A DNA stretch of 64,000 bases from Octopus vulgaris. Lineage: Eukaryota. The translations under genes and the position numbers were made by a program. The notes beneath the pieces were generated by a model that ran no database searches, was not told where the DNA came from, and worked only from the letters and a program-made list of their open reading frames with translations. The stretch covers positions 130,262,001-130,326,000 of the forward strand of contig OX597816.1 of the NCBI GenBank assembly GCA_951406725.2, in the 5' to 3' direction. This document shows positions 62,144 through 64,000 of this stretch, piece after piece (positions within the stretch are counted from its first letter, which is position 1; the number at the start of each line of letters is the position of its first letter).

Positions 62144-63296
62144 TACACAGAAAAAAATGTTGCAAATTGATTATAAGGATGATGACGAACAATTCTTTTA
62201 TGCATTTCTTTTAAATATCAAAATATTTTGCTAATTACAAATGTAAGTGTATTAATTTAACTTTAAAAAAAAACAGTAAAAACATTGTGATTACAACTAA
62301 AAAGGAAATGTATTTAATTCCAAAATTTAACAACAACTGAACTAAATTTATTGATGAGAAATGGAAACAAAAACTATGAACAGCTCCTAAGAATGCTGCT
62401 AAAGACAAAATGCCTTACATCATTAGTAAAACAATGATTTGATAAGTTAATCTGACAGACTACTTTTCAATTATAAATGAACATTTTCTTTGAGCAATTG
62501 TCTCTTTTCTTCAATAGTATAAGAATACTTTTGTGTAAACAATAATTTAAGCTTTAAACATTAAAGACATTTTAAAAAGACAGTAATTACCAATCATTGT
62601 CTCTATCAATCTTAGACTAACACAAACTCCTATTAGAACTGAATTATTTGTGCTGTTCTCATTTTGCGTTCAATATTGTCAATGAAGTTCTCAAAATATT
62701 TATTGATGGAAGTAATCTGATAGAATGCTTCTTTGATTTTATTGCAGTTAATCTTTAATGCAGTTAAAAATCGAAGACAATTTTCCACCAACTGCACAGA
62801 CATATGCAATGGCATATTTCTCAATAATAGTCATTGAAACAATGACTATTGCAAAAGAAAATTTGAAAAATGCAAAATGATTTAAGGAAATGTTGATCAT
62901 AATAAATAAATACATCTACAATCATAATAGAAATGCAAAACATCTGTAATACTGATTTTTGACACAAGAACAAATACAAGATCAACATTAGCAGGAGAGG
63001 AGAGAGAGAGAGAGAAATTAAATTGTTGTCAGTATATAAATCTTATCATTTAATGTCACTATTCCATGCTTGTATGAGTCAGACAGAATTTGTTGAGGCA
63101 GATTTTCTATGGCCAGATGCTCTTCGTGCTGCCAGTCCTTAGCTGTTTCAAAGTAAGGTAATATTTTCTGATAGCTAGACATGTTTTTTGAACAACCTCA
63201 TTGGTATGACAATGATGACACTCATTTACAGCCACCAGGTGATGTCAAGAGAAGGGTCCACACAAACACAAATTACATACATATTCATATATAGAA

Positions 63297-63442
63297 AAGG
63301 TTTCTTTCAGTTTCCATCTACCAAATCCACACACAAGGCTTTATAAGTCAAGGTTATAGTAGAAGACCCTTACTCAAGATGCTGTGTAGTGAGATAGAAC
63401 CCAAGCTGGGAAGCAAGCTTCTCAACCATACAGTCATGCCCA
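63297..63442 (-). mobile_element. tRNA-derived SINE 5' half
   Basis: TTTCTTTCAGTTTCCATCTACCAAATCCAC...AAGCAAGCTTCTCAACCATACAG matches the reverse complement of the SINE head. Confidence 0.75.
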
Positions 63443-63778
63443 CACATTATCATCATCATCATCATCTGTTATCCATACTGGCATGGATTGCACATCTCTA
63501 GTACATATTACTACTATTTATTTTTTATTGCAAATATAAAAGACTCCCAGCAAGAACTAACATTTAATATGGAATTCTACTATTTCTGCCAAATTTCAAC
63601 ACCCAATGTACAAAATAAATACAAATTAAAACTAAGTGAATTAAGCATATTAAAGCAATAAGGTTTTATTGTGAAAATATCATTTTTCATTCTTTCATAT
63701 CTTTTACTTGTGCTAGAATACATAAAATGGTTCTTGAAAGTAGCTCTTTATATATGCTTTTCTATTCCAATAAGAACA

Positions 63779-63871
63779 ACTAAGATAGTTTAAATAAAGC
63801 ATATTACTCTACCCCTGGTATTTGAGTACTCTTTTTTTCCACCTTGTTTCACATTTATGTGTTTACTCTAG

Positions 63872-63907
<36 letters not shown>

Positions 63908-64000
63908 CTAGAGTAAACACATAAATGTGAAACAAGGTGGAAAAAAAGAGTACTCAAATACCAGGGGTAGAGTAATATGCTTTATTTAAACTATCTTAGT
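63779..64000. repeat. Perfect inverted repeat centred on a (TA)n tract, running to the window end
   Basis: 63779-63872 is the exact reverse complement of 63907-64000. Confidence 0.95.

Overview
AT-rich animal DNA, most likely from an octopus. This is inferred from the SINE families, the RTE 3' tail and the style of the C2H2 zinc-finger codons; no database check was possible. The left half (1-32 kb) is mostly (TA)n/(CA)n/(TACA)n compound microsatellite interrupted by transposons. These are RTE-type LINE 3' ends, a CR1-type 3' end, two Helitron-like elements, a 5'-truncated Penelope-like element of Naiad type (YRDD RT, CxCx5Cx5C motif, GIY-YIG) with a hammerhead ribozyme, and a near full-length CR1-type LINE whose ORF1 combines a Myb/SANT-like domain with a CCCH finger. 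The right half looks genic/intergenic: many SINEs and MITEs, a CpG-retaining promoter-like region (~43-46.7 kb), a decayed C2H2 zinc-finger gene, at least one candidate minus-strand exon and a perfect foldback running off the window end. The very long Tyr/Ile/His ORFs are microsatellite artefacts. The most striking signal is a set of hammerhead-like motifs, including a dispersed repeat whose core reads GUGAACA, a compensatory G3-C8 swap of the canonical CUGANGA.
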